Below are positions 62,700-64,000 of a DNA stretch of 64,000 bases, in pieces. A model generated the notes under the pieces. It made no database searches and had not been told where the DNA came from. It saw nothing but the letters and a program-made list of their open reading frames with translations. The stretch's first letter is position 1; the number at the start of each line of letters is the position of its first letter. The position numbers and the translations under genes are program-made. This stretch comes from Spongiibacter sp. GTDB taxonomy: Bacteria > Pseudomonadota > Gammaproteobacteria > Pseudomonadales > Spongiibacteraceae. The stretch lies in NCBI RefSeq assembly GCF_041602295.1, contig NZ_JBFIGO010000003.1:6115-70114 (forward strand), given 5' to 3'.

Positions 62700-64000
62700 C
62701 TGCCATAACGCGGTGCTGGCCGGCGTGCTGGCGGCCTTGCTGCCACACGCGACCTACGGGCAGGCGGCACGTATTTGCGAAAGGCCCGCTGCCGGCGACC
62801 CCAGTATCCCTGCCCGCAACGACGGCTGCGCGCGCAGAACGGCGCCAACCGGCAAGCGCATTGCCACCCCCAGCCTAAACGACTACAGCCCCGCCCAAGC
62901 CATGCCGGACCGCTGGCGAATTGTCGATGCACTGGGCTATGAAAGTCGCTGGTACGACCCCTACAACCGCAACACACTGAAAGGCGATGCCCCCCTTCAC
63001 GGCGACTGGTTCTTTGCCACCACTCTCATTTCAGACACCGTGTTTGAAGATCGCAAAGTCCCTACACCGGTTGGCTTGCAAAGTACCCGCAGCGCGGGCG
63101 ATCTGGATTTGCTCGGCGGCAGCAGTCAAACCCAGCTGGTTCAATCACTGGCCGTCGAATTGGTGTATTACAAGGGCGACACCGTATTTCGCCCACCGGA
63201 CTATGAATTTCGGCTGACACCAGTGTTCAACTACAACGACACCCAACTAGACGAAATCCTCGGCATCAATGTCGATCCCGCTAAGAAAAACAGCCGTTAC
63301 GACAACTTTGTCGGCTTCCAAGCGGCCTTTGTCGACGTCCACCTGCGCAATGTTTCGCCGCGCTACGATTTCGACAGCATCCGCGTCGGCATCCAGCCCT
63401 TTACCGCTGATTTTCGCGGTTTCCTGTTTCAGGACAGTCCCTTTGGGATCCGCCTGTTTGGCACCCGCGACAACAACATTTTTCAGTACAACCTGGGCTG
63501 GTTCCGGCGTCTGGAAAAAGACACCAACAGCGGCTTGAACGACGCCGGAGAAGCGCTGCGCGACGACGATATTTTTGTCGCCAACCTCTACTGGCAGGAT
63601 ATGCTGGCCAAGGGCCACATGAGTCAGTTCACGCTACTCTACAACCGCAACCGGGAAAGCGATTTCTTTTTTGACAATAACGGGTTTATTCAGCGACCCG
63701 CCTCCTTTGGCCGCGAGAGCCCCCGCAAGTACGATGTTGTCTATCTCGGCTTCAATACCGACGGGCATGTTGAGCGACTAAATATCACCAGCGCTTTTTA
63801 TGTTGCCCTCGGCCAGCAGGACGGCTCCCCCTTCACTGGCGATGACAGTGACATCCGCGCACTTTTCGCCGCCGCAGAGCTATCGTTTGATCGCGACTGG
63901 ATTCGCTGGCGCGCATCGCTGCTCTACGCTTCCGGTGACGATGATCCCTTTGACGATGTTGAAACCGGCTTCGACGCCATACTGGAATCCCCCCTGTTTG
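62671..64000 (+). CDS. Probable outer-membrane beta-barrel protein, 3'-truncated (absent from the ORF track)
   Basis: Frame 1 is open from ATG 62671 (or 62680) to the window end. Signal-like VLAGVLAALLPHATYG/Q, PDRWRIVD...WYDPYNRNTLKGD, then amphipathic strands (YNLGWFRRLEKDTNSG, YLGFNTDG, WIRWRASLLYASGD). Confidence 0.75.
   Translation, partial: MNKMPARGSNCHNAVLAGVLAALLPHATYGQAARICERPAAGDPSIPARNDGCARRTAPTGKRIATPSLNDYSPAQAMPDRWRIVDALGYESRWYDPYNRNTLKGDAPLHGDWFFATTLISDTVFEDRKVPTPVGLQSTRSAGDLDLLGGSSQTQLVQSLAVELVYYKGDTVFRPPDYEFRLTPVFNYNDTQLDEILGINVDPAKKNSRYDNFVGFQAAFVDVHLRNVSPRYDFDSIRVGIQPFTADFRGFLFQDSPFGIRLFGTRDNNIFQYNLGWFRRLEKDTNSGLNDAGEALRDDDIFVANLYWQDMLAKGHMSQFTLLYNRNRESDFFFDNNGFIQRPASFGRESPRKYDVVYLGFNTDGHVERLNITSAFYVALGQQDGSPFTGDDSDIRALFAAAELSFDRDWIRWRASLLYASGDDDPFDDVETGFDAILESPLF

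Overview
GC-rich gammaproteobacterial chromosome segment. Gene order is Pseudomonas-like, and gene content suggests a marine Cellvibrionales-type organism (inference). Most of it is core metabolism: ClC-hemJ-hemL-hemB; aminotransferase-dksA-gluQ-cbrX-cbrA-cbrB-(CrcZ-like sRNA)-pcnB-folK-dNK-panB-panC-panD; acs; a four-gene glucosylglycerate cluster; slyD; a glyoxylate-shunt cluster (lysR, glcB, aceA, aceK); dtd-pip-typA; thiI; glnA with NtrC/sigma-54 promoter; and gdhA. The most striking element is the uncharacterised operon at 55.4-64 kb, which continues past the window. It encodes an NADPH/FAD reductase fused to two cyclic-nucleotide-binding domains and a 4x[4Fe-4S] module, a NOX-like membrane protein with two His-x13-His pairs, an FHA-like/TM/decaheme cytochrome c, a tandem GlcG/HbpS lipoprotein and a probable outer-membrane barrel. 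Together these read as a cNMP-gated trans-envelope electron conduit. Other notable items: a very short CrcZ-like sRNA with (AAN)n motifs at several genes, a structured panB-panC spacer, a secreted aldonolactone-oxidase fusion, a TIMP-like secreted protein, an AT-rich ADP-ribosyltransferase-fold orphan and an unannotated pseudogene. No rRNA, tRNA, CRISPR array, IS or integrase was seen. All family assignments come from motif reading and recall, not database searches.
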